The notes under the pieces: model-generated
What the model was told of the DNA's origin: nothing
Seen by the model: only the letters and a program-made list of their open reading frames with translations
The model's database searches: none
Shown here: positions 28,831-37,775 of the stretch, piece after piece
How the letters are laid out: every line of letters begins with the position of its first letter
Position numbering within the stretch: the first letter of the stretch is position 1
Assembly (NCBI GenBank): GCA_964637835.1
Contig: CAZWYF010000002.1
Coordinates: 84,614 to 148,613, forward strand
Reading direction: 5' to 3'
DNA length: 64,000 nucleotides
Source of the DNA: an uncultured Fibrobacteraceae bacterium
GTDB taxonomy: Bacteria > Krumholzibacteriota > Krumholzibacteriia > LZORAL124-64-63
Program-made: the position numbers and the translations under genes

Positions 28831-29110
28831 CCCGGCGCGCGACCGTCGTTCTCGCTGGCCGGCTCCGCCTGGGGCCGGCCTTCTCATGATCGGCCGCCCT
28901 CCCGCCGGCGTCTCGACGCGCGGCGCCGGCCGGATGGTCAGCGGGAGGCCGTCACGTCGGCGTGGGGGTGGCGACCGTGCGCCGACGTTGACGCGGCGCC
29001 CGGCGTTTGCCAGTGTTGCGGCGACCGCGGCCGGACGCGGGCCGCCGGGCGCGGCCGGTGGTGGCCGCCACCGCTCCCACGGAACCGTTTCCTCCGACCG
29101 AGGTCGTCCC

Positions 29111-31201
29111 ATGCTCCCGCACGTCCCGGCACGTCTGCGGCACTCGCTGTACGTGCTCCGCGACCGGATCTCGCCGGACGAGACCACCATCATGGTGGCG
29201 ATCGCGGTGGTGATCGGCGTGCTGGGCGGCTTCGGCGCCATCCTCTTCCGTCACCTGGTGGACTTCTTCCAGGGCTTCGCCATCGGGTCGGGCGAGCACA
29301 CCGCGGAGCTGCTCCTCGGGCATCCCTGGTGGCGCAAGCTGCTCCTGCCGGTGGTGGGTGCGCTGATCGTGGGCCCGCTGGTCCACTACCTGGCCCGCGA
29401 GGCCCGGGGGCACGGCGTGCCCGAGGTGATCAATGCGGCCGTCTTCCGCAACGGCGTCATCCGCCCCATCGTCGCGGCGGTGAAGATCACCGCCAGCGCC
29501 GTGACCATCGGCTTCGGCGGCTCGGTGGGGCGCGAGGGGCCCATCGTGCAGATCGGCGCCGCGCTGGCCTCCTCGGTGGGACAGGTCCTGCACTTCTCCC
29601 CCCAGCGGTTGCGGACGCTCATCGGCTGCGGCGCGGCGGCCGGCATCGCCGCCACCTTCAACGCCCCCATCGCCGGCACGTTCTTCGCGCTGGAGATCCT
29701 GCTGCGCGACTTCGCCGTGGTCACCTTCAGCCCCATCGTGGTCGCCAGCGTGGTGGCCACCACGGTCAGCCGCCACTACCTCGGCGACACGCCCGCCTTC
29801 CCGGTCCCTGGCTTCCAGATGAACTCCCCGGTGGAACTGCCGCTGTACCTGCTCATGGGCCTGATCGTGGGCGCGGTGGCCGTGGTCTACGTGCGCACGC
29901 TCTACTTCACCGAGGAGCGCTTCGCGGCGCTGCGCTTCCCCGAGCCGCTCAAGCCGGTCCTGGGGGCCATTCCGCTGGGGCTGCTCTTCCTCTGGTTCCC
30001 GCAGGTCTACGGCGTGGGTTACGGCTCGATGGTCCATGCCCTGGAGGGGAACATGGAGCTGCAGCTGATGGCCCTGCTGGTGGTGGTCAAGCTGGTGGCG
30101 GTCTGCCTGACCCTGGGGTCGGGTTTCTCGGGCGGCATCTTCGCACCGGCGCTCTTCCTCGGCGGCATGACCGGCGGCGCCTGCGGGGCCCTGTTCGACC
30201 TGCTCTGGCCCGGCCTCGAGGTGCCGGTGGGCGCCTTCGCCATGGTGGGCATGGCGGCCATGGTGGGTGCGGCCACCGGCGGGCCGCTGACGGCCATCAT
30301 CATCCTCTTCGAGATGACCGGCGAGTACCGGGTGATGCTGCCGCTCATGCTGGCGAGCGTCACCGCCACCCTCGGCTACCGGGCGGTCCTGCGCGACAGC
30401 ATCTTCACGCTGAAGTTCACCCGCGAGGGCCGGAGCCTGGATCTCGGCCGCGAGAGCGCCATCCTGCGCCAGTACCACGTGGACGACGTCATGGACGCCA
30501 ACCCGGTGACCGTGACCCGCGACACGCCCTACGAGCGCATCCTCGAGCTCTTCCTCGCGAGCAACGACGAGCACTACTACGTGGTCGACGCGGACGGCCA
30601 TCTGGCCGGCCGCATCACCATCCATGACGTCAAGGACATCCTGCACGAGGAGAGCCTGGGCCAGGTGCTCATCGCCGCCGACCTCGCCGAGCCGGTTCCG
30701 GCGACCGTCCACCGTGCCGACACCCTCGAGGACTGCCTCCTGCGTCTCGGCGACCGCGACAGCAGCGATCTGCCCGTGCTCGCCTCTGGCGAGCGACCCG
30801 TCCTCGTGGGCGTCATCACCCGCCGGGCCATCTTCGAGGTCTACAACCGCGAGGTGCTGCACCAGGAGGACATGGGCATCAAGCTGGTCCACGGCGAGGC
30901 GCGCCTGCGCGACTGCGTGGACCTGCCCGAGGCCTACCGGGTCCAGGTGCTGATCCCGCCGAGCAGCTGGCTGGGCGTCACCCTGCGCGACCTCGAGCTG
31001 CGCCCGCGTCACGGCATCACCGTCCTGGCGGTCAAGCACCGGCGGCTGCTCGGCGGCAGCGAGAACGAGCTGCCCCGGCCGGATCGCCCCCTGGAACCCG
31101 GTGATCGGCTGATCATCGTCGGCCGCGCCGACGATCTCGAGCGCCTGCTCGAGGACACTCGCCGCGGCGGTGGCTGGCCGCCGGCGGCGGCGGCGGACTG
31201 A
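29111..31201 (+). CDS. ClC-family chloride channel / Cl-/H+ antiporter with C-terminal tandem CBS domains and an RCK_C (TrkA-C) domain
   Basis: ClC selectivity motifs 'GHGVPE', 'GGSVGREGP', 'GFSGGIFAPALFLGG'. CBS pair after the TM region. 'GITVLAVKHRRLLGG...PGDRLIIVGRADDLERL' RCK_C. Confidence 0.85.
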   Translation: MLPHVPARLRHSLYVLRDRISPDETTIMVAIAVVIGVLGGFGAILFRHLVDFFQGFAIGSGEHTAELLLGHPWWRKLLLPVVGALIVGPLVHYLAREARGHGVPEVINAAVFRNGVIRPIVAAVKITASAVTIGFGGSVGREGPIVQIGAALASSVGQVLHFSPQRLRTLIGCGAAAGIAATFNAPIAGTFFALEILLRDFAVVTFSPIVVASVVATTVSRHYLGDTPAFPVPGFQMNSPVELPLYLLMGLIVGAVAVVYVRTLYFTEERFAALRFPEPLKPVLGAIPLGLLFLWFPQVYGVGYGSMVHALEGNMELQLMALLVVVKLVAVCLTLGSGFSGGIFAPALFLGGMTGGACGALFDLLWPGLEVPVGAFAMVGMAAMVGAATGGPLTAIIILFEMTGEYRVMLPLMLASVTATLGYRAVLRDSIFTLKFTREGRSLDLGRESAILRQYHVDDVMDANPVTVTRDTPYERILELFLASNDEHYYVVDADGHLAGRITIHDVKDILHEESLGQVLIAADLAEPVPATVHRADTLEDCLLRLGDRDSSDLPVLASGERPVLVGVITRRAIFEVYNREVLHQEDMGIKLVHGEARLRDCVDLPEAYRVQVLIPPSSWLGVTLRDLELRPRHGITVLAVKHRRLLGGSENELPRPDRPLEPGDRLIIVGRADDLERLLEDTRRGGGWPPAAAAD

Positions 31202-31294
31202 GCCCGACCGGCGCGTGCGCAGCGGGCGCTTCGTTGTTACCGTGCCTGCCAGCGTCCGCCGGGCCGGTCCGGCGGCGGAACCGGGACGGGACCC

Positions 31295-31957
31295 TTGAGC
31301 GCAGCCGGCTACCACTGCCATGAGCGTCCGCAGATGCGCCGCTACGTGCCCGCCGGCGCGCGCGCGCTGCTGGACGTCGGCTGCGGCGACGGCGCCTTCG
31401 CCGCCGGCCTGAGGGCCGATCGCGAGGGGCCGGGCGACCCGCTGGAGATCTGGGGCCTGGAGCTGGATCCCGACGCGGCGCAGCGCGCCCGGCAGCACCT
31501 GCAGCGCGTGCTCGTGGGGCCGGCCCAGACCACGGTCACCGCGCTGCCCGCCGCCCACTTCGACTGCGTGGTGCTCAACGACGTGCTCGAGCACATGGCC
31601 TGGCCGGAGGAATTCCTGCGGTCTTTGCACCGGGTCCTGCGCCCGGGCGCCTGCCTGGTGGCCAGCATCCCCAACGTCCGCTACTTCCCCAACCTCTGGG
31701 GCCTGCTGGTCCGGTCCGACTGGGAATACCGCGACGAGGGCATCCTCGATCGCACGCACCTGCGCTTCTTCACCCGCGACAGCATGCGCGGCCTCTTCGT
31801 CCGCAGCGGCTTCCGGCTCCAGCGGCAGGAGGGGATCAATCCCACCGGGTCCTGGCGCTTCCGGGTCGCCAACCTCCTCAGCCTCGGGCGCCTGGCCGAC
31901 ACCCGCTTCCTGCAGTACGCCTGCGTGGCCGAGCCCTCGCCGGAGCACCGCTCGTGA
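31295..31957 (+). CDS. Class I SAM-dependent methyltransferase
   Basis: Motif I 'LLDVGCGDGAFAAGL'. TTG start at 31295 or ATG at 31334. Confidence 0.7.
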   Translation: MSAAGYHCHERPQMRRYVPAGARALLDVGCGDGAFAAGLRADREGPGDPLEIWGLELDPDAAQRARQHLQRVLVGPAQTTVTALPAAHFDCVVLNDVLEHMAWPEEFLRSLHRVLRPGACLVASIPNVRYFPNLWGLLVRSDWEYRDEGILDRTHLRFFTRDSMRGLFVRSGFRLQRQEGINPTGSWRFRVANLLSLGRLADTRFLQYACVAEPSPEHRS

Positions 31958-32877
31958 GCGCGACACCCGACATCCTGACCATCGACGTGGAGGAGTGGTT
32001 CCACGGGCACAATTACCTGACGCAGGTGCCGCCGGACGCCTGGGACCGGCAGGAGGAACGGGTGGTGGCCAACACCGATCGGGTCCTCGACCTCCTCGCG
32101 CGCCACGGGGTCCGGGCCACCTTCTTCGTGCTCGGCTGGACGGCGTCGCGGCATCCGGACCTGGTCCGTCGCATCGCCGCGGCCGGCCACGAGATCGGCT
32201 GCCACTCCTTCGGCCACCCCGTGGTCTGCGAGCAGGATGAGACCGCCTTCCTCGCCGACCTCGACCGGGCCCTCGCCGCCCTGGCCGACTGCGGGGTCAC
32301 GCCGGCCGGCTACCGGGCGCCGAGCTTCACCATCACGCCGCCGGTCCACCACTACCTGCATCACCTGCAGGCGCGCGGCTTCGCCTACGACTGCTCCCTC
32401 TTTCCGGTGCGCCACCCCCGTTACGGCCAGCCCGACTCGCCACGCTACCCGTTCCTGCTGGCCCCCGCGGGCGCGGGGGGCCGTCTCGCCGATCCCGACC
32501 GCACCCTCGCCGTGGTCCCCATGCCCACCTGGCGCGTCCTGGGCGTCAACGTGCCCTTCAGCGGCGGCGGCTACCTGCGCCTGTTGCCTCGCTGGGCCTA
32601 CCGGCTGGTCCGCGCCGGCGCCAGCCGTCAGGGTCTGCCCTGCATCATCTACCTGCACCCCTGGGAGTTCGATACCTACCGCCCCGTCACCGGCCAGAGC
32701 CGCCTGCAGCGGTGGCGCAGCCAGGGTGGCCAGGACACGGTGATCGCCAAGCTGGACGACCTCCTGCGCCGGGGTCGGTTCATCACCCTCGGCGAGTACG
32801 TGACGTCCCTGCGCCGCGGCGGCCTGCCCGTCCGGGAGCTGCCCCTCGGGCCCGCCGCGGTCGTCGCGGGCGCCTGA
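31954..32877 (+). CDS. Polysaccharide deacetylase (CE4 / NodB-homology, DUF3473-type)
   Basis: 'ILTIDVEEWFHGHNY' start, 'HGVRATFFVLGW', 'GHEIGCHSFGHP' His-His metal motif. Overlaps the methyltransferase stop. Confidence 0.8.
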   Translation: MSATPDILTIDVEEWFHGHNYLTQVPPDAWDRQEERVVANTDRVLDLLARHGVRATFFVLGWTASRHPDLVRRIAAAGHEIGCHSFGHPVVCEQDETAFLADLDRALAALADCGVTPAGYRAPSFTITPPVHHYLHHLQARGFAYDCSLFPVRHPRYGQPDSPRYPFLLAPAGAGGRLADPDRTLAVVPMPTWRVLGVNVPFSGGGYLRLLPRWAYRLVRAGASRQGLPCIIYLHPWEFDTYRPVTGQSRLQRWRSQGGQDTVIAKLDDLLRRGRFITLGEYVTSLRRGGLPVRELPLGPAAVVAGA

Positions 32878-32982
32878 TCGACCTCTCGTCCAGATTTCTT
32901 TGCAACCTTCCCGGTGCGATCCGTATCTTCAGATACCCCCCGCGTTGACCATGAACTCCCTGACCGCTTCAGGAGGGACATC

Positions 32983-35900
32983 ATGGCGCGCAAGCTCTTG
33001 ATCGGATGGACCCTGGCGACCCTCGCGCTGGCCGGTGCCGCGGTTGCCGACGACGGAATCATGCCGGACCAGTTGCTGGACCGGCTCACGGCCCGCTCCA
33101 TGGCCCATCAGGGCCAGGTGGCCGCCACGACCGACCTGGCCAGGGCGTCGGGCGACACCATCTACCTGCTCGGTGGCCCCGACCGCCTCGACGGCCGCTT
33201 CGAGGACGCCAACGGCCAGCCGGACTGGCACGACTGGATCACGGTGGACTTCACCGACGCCGGCATGGACAATGCCTGGCACGTCCAGGACCAGTACGTC
33301 CTCTCGGGCAGCCACTCCATGATCTGCGCCGCGGACATCCCCCAGCCCGATGGCTCGGTCTGGGGCTACGGCAACAACTGGCGCATGACCCTGCTGCAGT
33401 CCCACACCGTGGACGACCCCTCCCAGACCAGCACCCTGCGCATCACCGGTACCCTGCGCGTGGACACCGAGCCGCAGTACGACTACGTCTACCTCCAGGT
33501 CCAGAAGGCGGGTACCTGGGTGGACATCGACGCCGAGGCCGTCTGGGACGGCGTCCAGGACGTCGGCTTCGACTTCTCCACCAGCTTCCGAGCCGGCGAT
33601 TACTCCGGCTCGGGCGACGATGAGATCCGCATCCGCTTCTACTTCGCGTCCGACAGCATGGCCTCCGATCAGGACGGGGATTACGACTCCGACGGCGCCT
33701 GCCTGCTGGACGACATCACCGTGGCGATCGACGGCGCGGTGGTCGCCTTCGACGATTTCGAGGACGGCACCAGCGGCAACTGGGTCGGCGAGGTGCTGCC
33801 GGGCGCCGGCGATTTCGCGGCGCTCTACGGCAATCTCCAGGACCTCGATCCCTGCCGGAGCAACAGCTCCATCCAGGTGGCGTTCGTCGATAACGGCATC
33901 GTGGTCCCCGGTACCGGTGGCACGCCGTGCATCACCTGGTGCTACGGCCCCGAGGGCTACATCGTCAACAACACCGGCGGCCTGCTCGGCCCCGAGAACC
34001 ACGTGGAGAACGGCATCGTCTCGCCACCGCTGCGGTGGCAGGAAGGCCATGACGCGGCCGAGTTGGCGCTGAGCCTCTTCGTGCACGAGCCCATGCACTC
34101 GACCTCCGGCGGCACCATGTTCATCTGGTGGGTGCGCAGCACCACCGCCGACGACCCGGCCATGCTCGAGCATGCCGAGTGGACCAGCAACTACACCCTC
34201 TGGTACGGCTCGCCCATCTACGTCAACCATGCGGCGGATCTGACCAGCCATCTCGAGCCCGGCCGCAAGTGGTTCCAGGTGCGGCTGGAGGTCTGGGAGG
34301 CCGGCTGGATCTTCGGCGTCGAGGGTTCCGACGGTACGCCGCACCCCTACCTCGACAACGTGCGGATCCGCAGCTATCCCTCGGGCGGCCCCGCCATCTC
34401 GCACAACGAGCTCTTCCTGGCCCAGTCCAGCTTCCCCGAGCACGGCGACATCGACTTCGGCAACCTCGGGGGCAACTCCATCCGTTTCGACGCCGCGCGC
34501 AACATCAGTCCCACCGCCCACCTGCGGAACGACCCCGGCGACTCCCTCTGGGTGGACGTGGTCCCGGTGCGCGAGGGCTCGACGCTGCCCCAGCTCCCGC
34601 AGATGGTGGTGCGCATGAAGGCCAACCCGCTGTTCGACGACGTGCGGGCGCTACCGCCAGGCTTCAGCCAGGACGGCGAGGTCATCACCGGCACGGTGGT
34701 CGGCGACTCGACCTACAACGGCAACACCGGCGAGCTGGTGGCCGACCGCTACAACTTCGACCTGCCGGACACCGGCTTCTTCTACCCCGGCGACGTGATC
34801 CACTACTACTTCGAGGCCTGGGACGACCGGAACGGCGACATCGGCCACACCATGCTCCCGGCCGACACCACCGGCTTCGCCAGCTTCGCGCACGACCTCG
34901 GCTACCCCAGCGACTTCATCTGCCGGGGCCTGCCCACGCTGTTCAGCGATGCCCCCGGCGATCAGCCGAAGATCCTGCTGTGGAACGACTTCGCGGACTA
35001 CGGCGGCGAGAACGAGTGGTACCATGCGCTGTCCGGCGCTGGCCTCGTCGAGGGCGTGGACTACGACATCTACTACACCATCTCGCCGGACGCGGGCGAG
35101 GGGAACGGCCTCGGCGGCCGCGCCACCAGCGCCGTGCTCGACGGCTACGACATCCTGCTCTACACCAGCGGCACGCTGTTCGTCTACACGCTGGGCGACG
35201 GCGATTTCGCGACCGATCCCTCCCAGGACATCCAGTTGCTCAACGCCTGGTTCGCCCGCGGGGGCAAGAAGGCGTTGTTCACCGGCGACGATCTGGTGAA
35301 CGACCTGATGGACGGCGGTTCGCTCGGCCAGGCGCTCGTCAACAACTACCTGGGCGTCCAGTTCTTCGACAACTCGCTCGTCGACTACATCGGCCGCCAG
35401 ACCGCGCCCACGGTGCGCACCTACTCCGGCAACGGCTTCCTGCCCAGCGTGGGCACCTGGATCGCGTATGGCGGCTGCCTCGGCATCAACACCTTCGACG
35501 CGGTGCAGACGGTGGGTTCGGCGCAGAGCCTCGCCGAGTTCACCGACGCCAACGGCAACGGCGGCGTGTACCCCTACACCGCCGCGGTCTACAACTACAA
35601 CGAGACCACCGACACCGAGGTGATCTACCTGCCCTACGACTTCATGTTCGTCTACAATGCGCCCGGCTACGTGCCGCCCGGGGGCCTGGAGGGGCTGCCC
35701 GCCCGTGCGGTCATGCTGCGCGACATCCTCAATGCCTTCGGCCAGCAGCTCGACGGCCCCATCGGCGTGGAGGACACGCCGGCCGTGCAGGCCGTGGATG
35801 TCATGGCCTATCCCAATCCCTTCAACCCGCAGACCACCCTGGCGCTCAGCCTGCCGCGCGCCGGTCACGTGAGCGTGAAGATCTTCAACGTGCGGGGCGA

Positions 35901-36063
35901 ACTGGTCCGCACGTTGCAGGACGGAGCGCTGACCGCTGGCCGACACGAGCTGCGCTGGGACGGCCGCGACACCGACGGGTCGCGGCAGGCCTCCGGCGTC
36001 TACTTCGCCGAGACCCGCGCCCTCGGACAGACCGAGGTCACGCGCATGGCCATGATCAAGTAA
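32983..36063 (+). CDS. Large secreted protein of unknown function (1027 aa) with a T9SS type-A tail
   Basis: AGGAGGGA RBS. Signal peptide 'LLIGWTLATLALAGAAVA'. Asp/Gly/Trp/Tyr-rich beta-type body. Tail 'YPNPFNPQTTLALSLPRAGHVSVKIFNVRGELVRTL...GVYFAETR'. One HExxH-like string 'HEPMH' whose context is not convincing. Confidence 0.6.
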   Translation: MARKLLIGWTLATLALAGAAVADDGIMPDQLLDRLTARSMAHQGQVAATTDLARASGDTIYLLGGPDRLDGRFEDANGQPDWHDWITVDFTDAGMDNAWHVQDQYVLSGSHSMICAADIPQPDGSVWGYGNNWRMTLLQSHTVDDPSQTSTLRITGTLRVDTEPQYDYVYLQVQKAGTWVDIDAEAVWDGVQDVGFDFSTSFRAGDYSGSGDDEIRIRFYFASDSMASDQDGDYDSDGACLLDDITVAIDGAVVAFDDFEDGTSGNWVGEVLPGAGDFAALYGNLQDLDPCRSNSSIQVAFVDNGIVVPGTGGTPCITWCYGPEGYIVNNTGGLLGPENHVENGIVSPPLRWQEGHDAAELALSLFVHEPMHSTSGGTMFIWWVRSTTADDPAMLEHAEWTSNYTLWYGSPIYVNHAADLTSHLEPGRKWFQVRLEVWEAGWIFGVEGSDGTPHPYLDNVRIRSYPSGGPAISHNELFLAQSSFPEHGDIDFGNLGGNSIRFDAARNISPTAHLRNDPGDSLWVDVVPVREGSTLPQLPQMVVRMKANPLFDDVRALPPGFSQDGEVITGTVVGDSTYNGNTGELVADRYNFDLPDTGFFYPGDVIHYYFEAWDDRNGDIGHTMLPADTTGFASFAHDLGYPSDFICRGLPTLFSDAPGDQPKILLWNDFADYGGENEWYHALSGAGLVEGVDYDIYYTISPDAGEGNGLGGRATSAVLDGYDILLYTSGTLFVYTLGDGDFATDPSQDIQLLNAWFARGGKKALFTGDDLVNDLMDGGSLGQALVNNYLGVQFFDNSLVDYIGRQTAPTVRTYSGNGFLPSVGTWIAYGGCLGINTFDAVQTVGSAQSLAEFTDANGNGGVYPYTAAVYNYNETTDTEVIYLPYDFMFVYNAPGYVPPGGLEGLPARAVMLRDILNAFGQQLDGPIGVEDTPAVQAVDVMAYPNPFNPQTTLALSLPRAGHVSVKIFNVRGELVRTLQDGALTAGRHELRWDGRDTDGSRQASGVYFAETRALGQTEVTRMAMIK

Positions 36064-36064
36064 C

Positions 36065-36119
36065 GTCCGCCAGCGGACGCCGTCCCCCGAGGGCCCCGGG
36101 TCGTCGCGACCCGGGGCCC
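36065..36119 (+). terminator. Two perfect GC-rich hairpins immediately after the large cargo gene
   Basis: CGTCCGC-cag-GCGGACG, then GGGCCCCGGGTCG-tcg-CGACCCGGGGCCC (13-bp perfect stem). Confidence 0.45.
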
Positions 36120-36145
36120 GGTTCATGGAGCGGGCCGGGGCGCCC

Positions 36146-36186
36146 GGCGAGGCTGGCGAGCCGGGCGAGGCTGGCGAGCCGGGCGG
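36146..36186. repeat. 18-bp tandem direct repeat (2.3 copies) in a non-coding region
   Basis: GGCGAGGCTGGCGAGCCG x2 followed by GGCGGCG. Confidence 0.7.
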
Positions 36187-36821
36187 CGATGACCATGGCG
36201 GGGGGCCGAGGTCGGCCGGCACGGAAGACCTGGCGGGAGGAGATCCGGGGGGAAGAGATCCGGTGGGGGGTGTTCCGTCGGTGGTGAGCCAGGCTGGCGC
36301 CTGGAGGAGGTCGAGTCTCGTGGCCGCGAGGGTCGATCCGTCCTCCGAGGCGCTTCACCCGGTCGCAGAAGCGATCCGTTCTGTTCTGATTGTTCGCCAC
36401 CCGGGACGTTGCAAGCGGAGTGCCCGTTGCGAGTCGCCGTTCAATATTCTCAAGTCGTTCAAATACAATGACATGTGGCTGCACCGGCCGCCACCTCGCG
36501 CCGCGGGGACGCGGGGGTGTCAACGCCGTTGATACCCCCGGGGCTGAGCTTGTAACCTGCAGTGATATAATAACATGTGCGATAAACAAAGTTTCTGCCC
36601 GGAGGCCGCCCGCTGGAACCCGTTGCGAGAACGCTGATTCCAGGGCCGGCACGGCGACGGGGCCCCCCGGGGGGCCCCGTCCGCTCGCTGTCCGCTCGTT
36701 CCCTGGGATCCGGCCGCGGGGGAAAAGCCGGTGGCGGTCGCGGATCCGGCTTGTGTTACACTCGCCGGCCGTGTTTGTTCCAGCCGGTCTTCCGTCGCCC
36801 GTCCTCCGGGGAGATGCTGCC

Positions 36822-37775
36822 GTGTCCGAGCTCCGCCATGACGTCCTGCACCAGACCTGGGTGGTCCTGGCTCCCGGCCGGGGCGACCGCCCGCGGGACG
36901 TCCAGCTGCGGACCGAGCCGGCCGCCGCCGGTCCCTGCCCGTTCTGCCCCGGGCAGGAGGCGCAGACGCCTGCCGAGGTCCTGGCCACCGGCCGGCCAGA
37001 CGGCGTGCCGGCCGACCACCCGCCCTGGCGGGTGCGCGTGTTTCCCAACCGCTACCCGGCGGTGACCGGGGCGGCGGGCCGGCACGAGGTGGTGGTGCTC
37101 TCGCCCGACCACGAGCGCGGCCTGGCCGACCTCACCGGCGAGGAGGCGGCCGAGGTCCTCGCCGCGGTGCGGACGCGGATGGCGGAGCTGGAGAGACGGC
37201 CGGACCTGGCGGCGGTGACCTTCTTCCTCAACTCGGGGGCCGGCGCCGGCGCCAGCCTCAGCCATCCGCACGGGCAATTGCTGGCCACGCCGGCGGTGCC
37301 GGCGGTGCTGCGTGCCGAGCTGGGCGCCCTGGCCGCCTGGCGCCGGGACCGGGGGGAATGCCTGCTCTGCGCCGCGCCGGCAGCCGCCGACGTGGTGGCG
37401 GCCGGGCCGCTGGCCCTGGCGTTCGCCCCCCGGGCGAGCCGCTTCGCCTGGGAGACCCTGCTGATGCCGCGACGCCACGAGGCGCGCTTCACCGCCGCCA
37501 CCGACGCGGAGCTCGGCGCGGTGGCCAGCCTGCTGGTCCAGCTGGCGGCCGCGCTGCGCGTCGCGGCCGGTGATCCCGCTTACAATCTGGTCTTGCACAC
37601 CGCCCCGCCCGGGAGCGAGGATTTCCACTGGCACCTGGAGCTGATGCCGCGGCTGGCGCCGCTGGCCGGCTTCGAGGCGGGCACGGGGTTCTTCATCAAC
37701 CCGGTGGATCCGTCCCGGGCCGCCGCCGCCCTGCGGGCCCAGCTACCCGCGACCCCAGCGAGGACCGACCCATGA
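36822..37775 (+). CDS. GalT-like HIT-family nucleotidyltransferase (galactose-1-phosphate uridylyltransferase / ADP-glucose phosphorylase family)
   Basis: Zn-site 'CPFCPGQE'. Active-site 'SHPHGQLLATP' (HxHxQ). 'RVRVFPNRYPAV'. GTG start at 36822 after CCGGGGAG. ATGA overlap with glgA. The in-frame upstream extension to 36390 looks like non-coding translation. Confidence 0.7.
   Translation: MSELRHDVLHQTWVVLAPGRGDRPRDVQLRTEPAAAGPCPFCPGQEAQTPAEVLATGRPDGVPADHPPWRVRVFPNRYPAVTGAAGRHEVVVLSPDHERGLADLTGEEAAEVLAAVRTRMAELERRPDLAAVTFFLNSGAGAGASLSHPHGQLLATPAVPAVLRAELGALAAWRRDRGECLLCAAPAAADVVAAGPLALAFAPRASRFAWETLLMPRRHEARFTAATDAELGAVASLLVQLAAALRVAAGDPAYNLVLHTAPPGSEDFHWHLELMPRLAPLAGFEAGTGFFINPVDPSRAAAALRAQLPATPARTDP

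Noticed and set aside
28831-29110. Fluoride (crcB) riboswitch upstream of the ClC gene
   Set aside because: The ClC has canonical GREGP/CBS architecture of Cl- transporters, not the CLC-F type, and the leader lacks the conserved GAUGG...CGCC / CUGAUG..CCUCUAC riboswitch blocks.
28952-31966. 1004-aa minus-strand ORF spanning the ClC and methyltransferase genes
   Set aside because: Antisense to two well-supported plus-strand genes. Composition is garbage-like.
36390-36821. In-frame upstream extension of the GalT-like gene (track ORF 36390-37775), and ORF 36125-36532
   Set aside because: Translation is low-complexity (PRGRGG..., GEAGEPGEAGEPG from the 18-bp tandem repeat). Region contains terminator hairpins and AT-rich promoter-like blocks. 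GTG 36822 with an RBS directly precedes the conserved GalT N-terminus.
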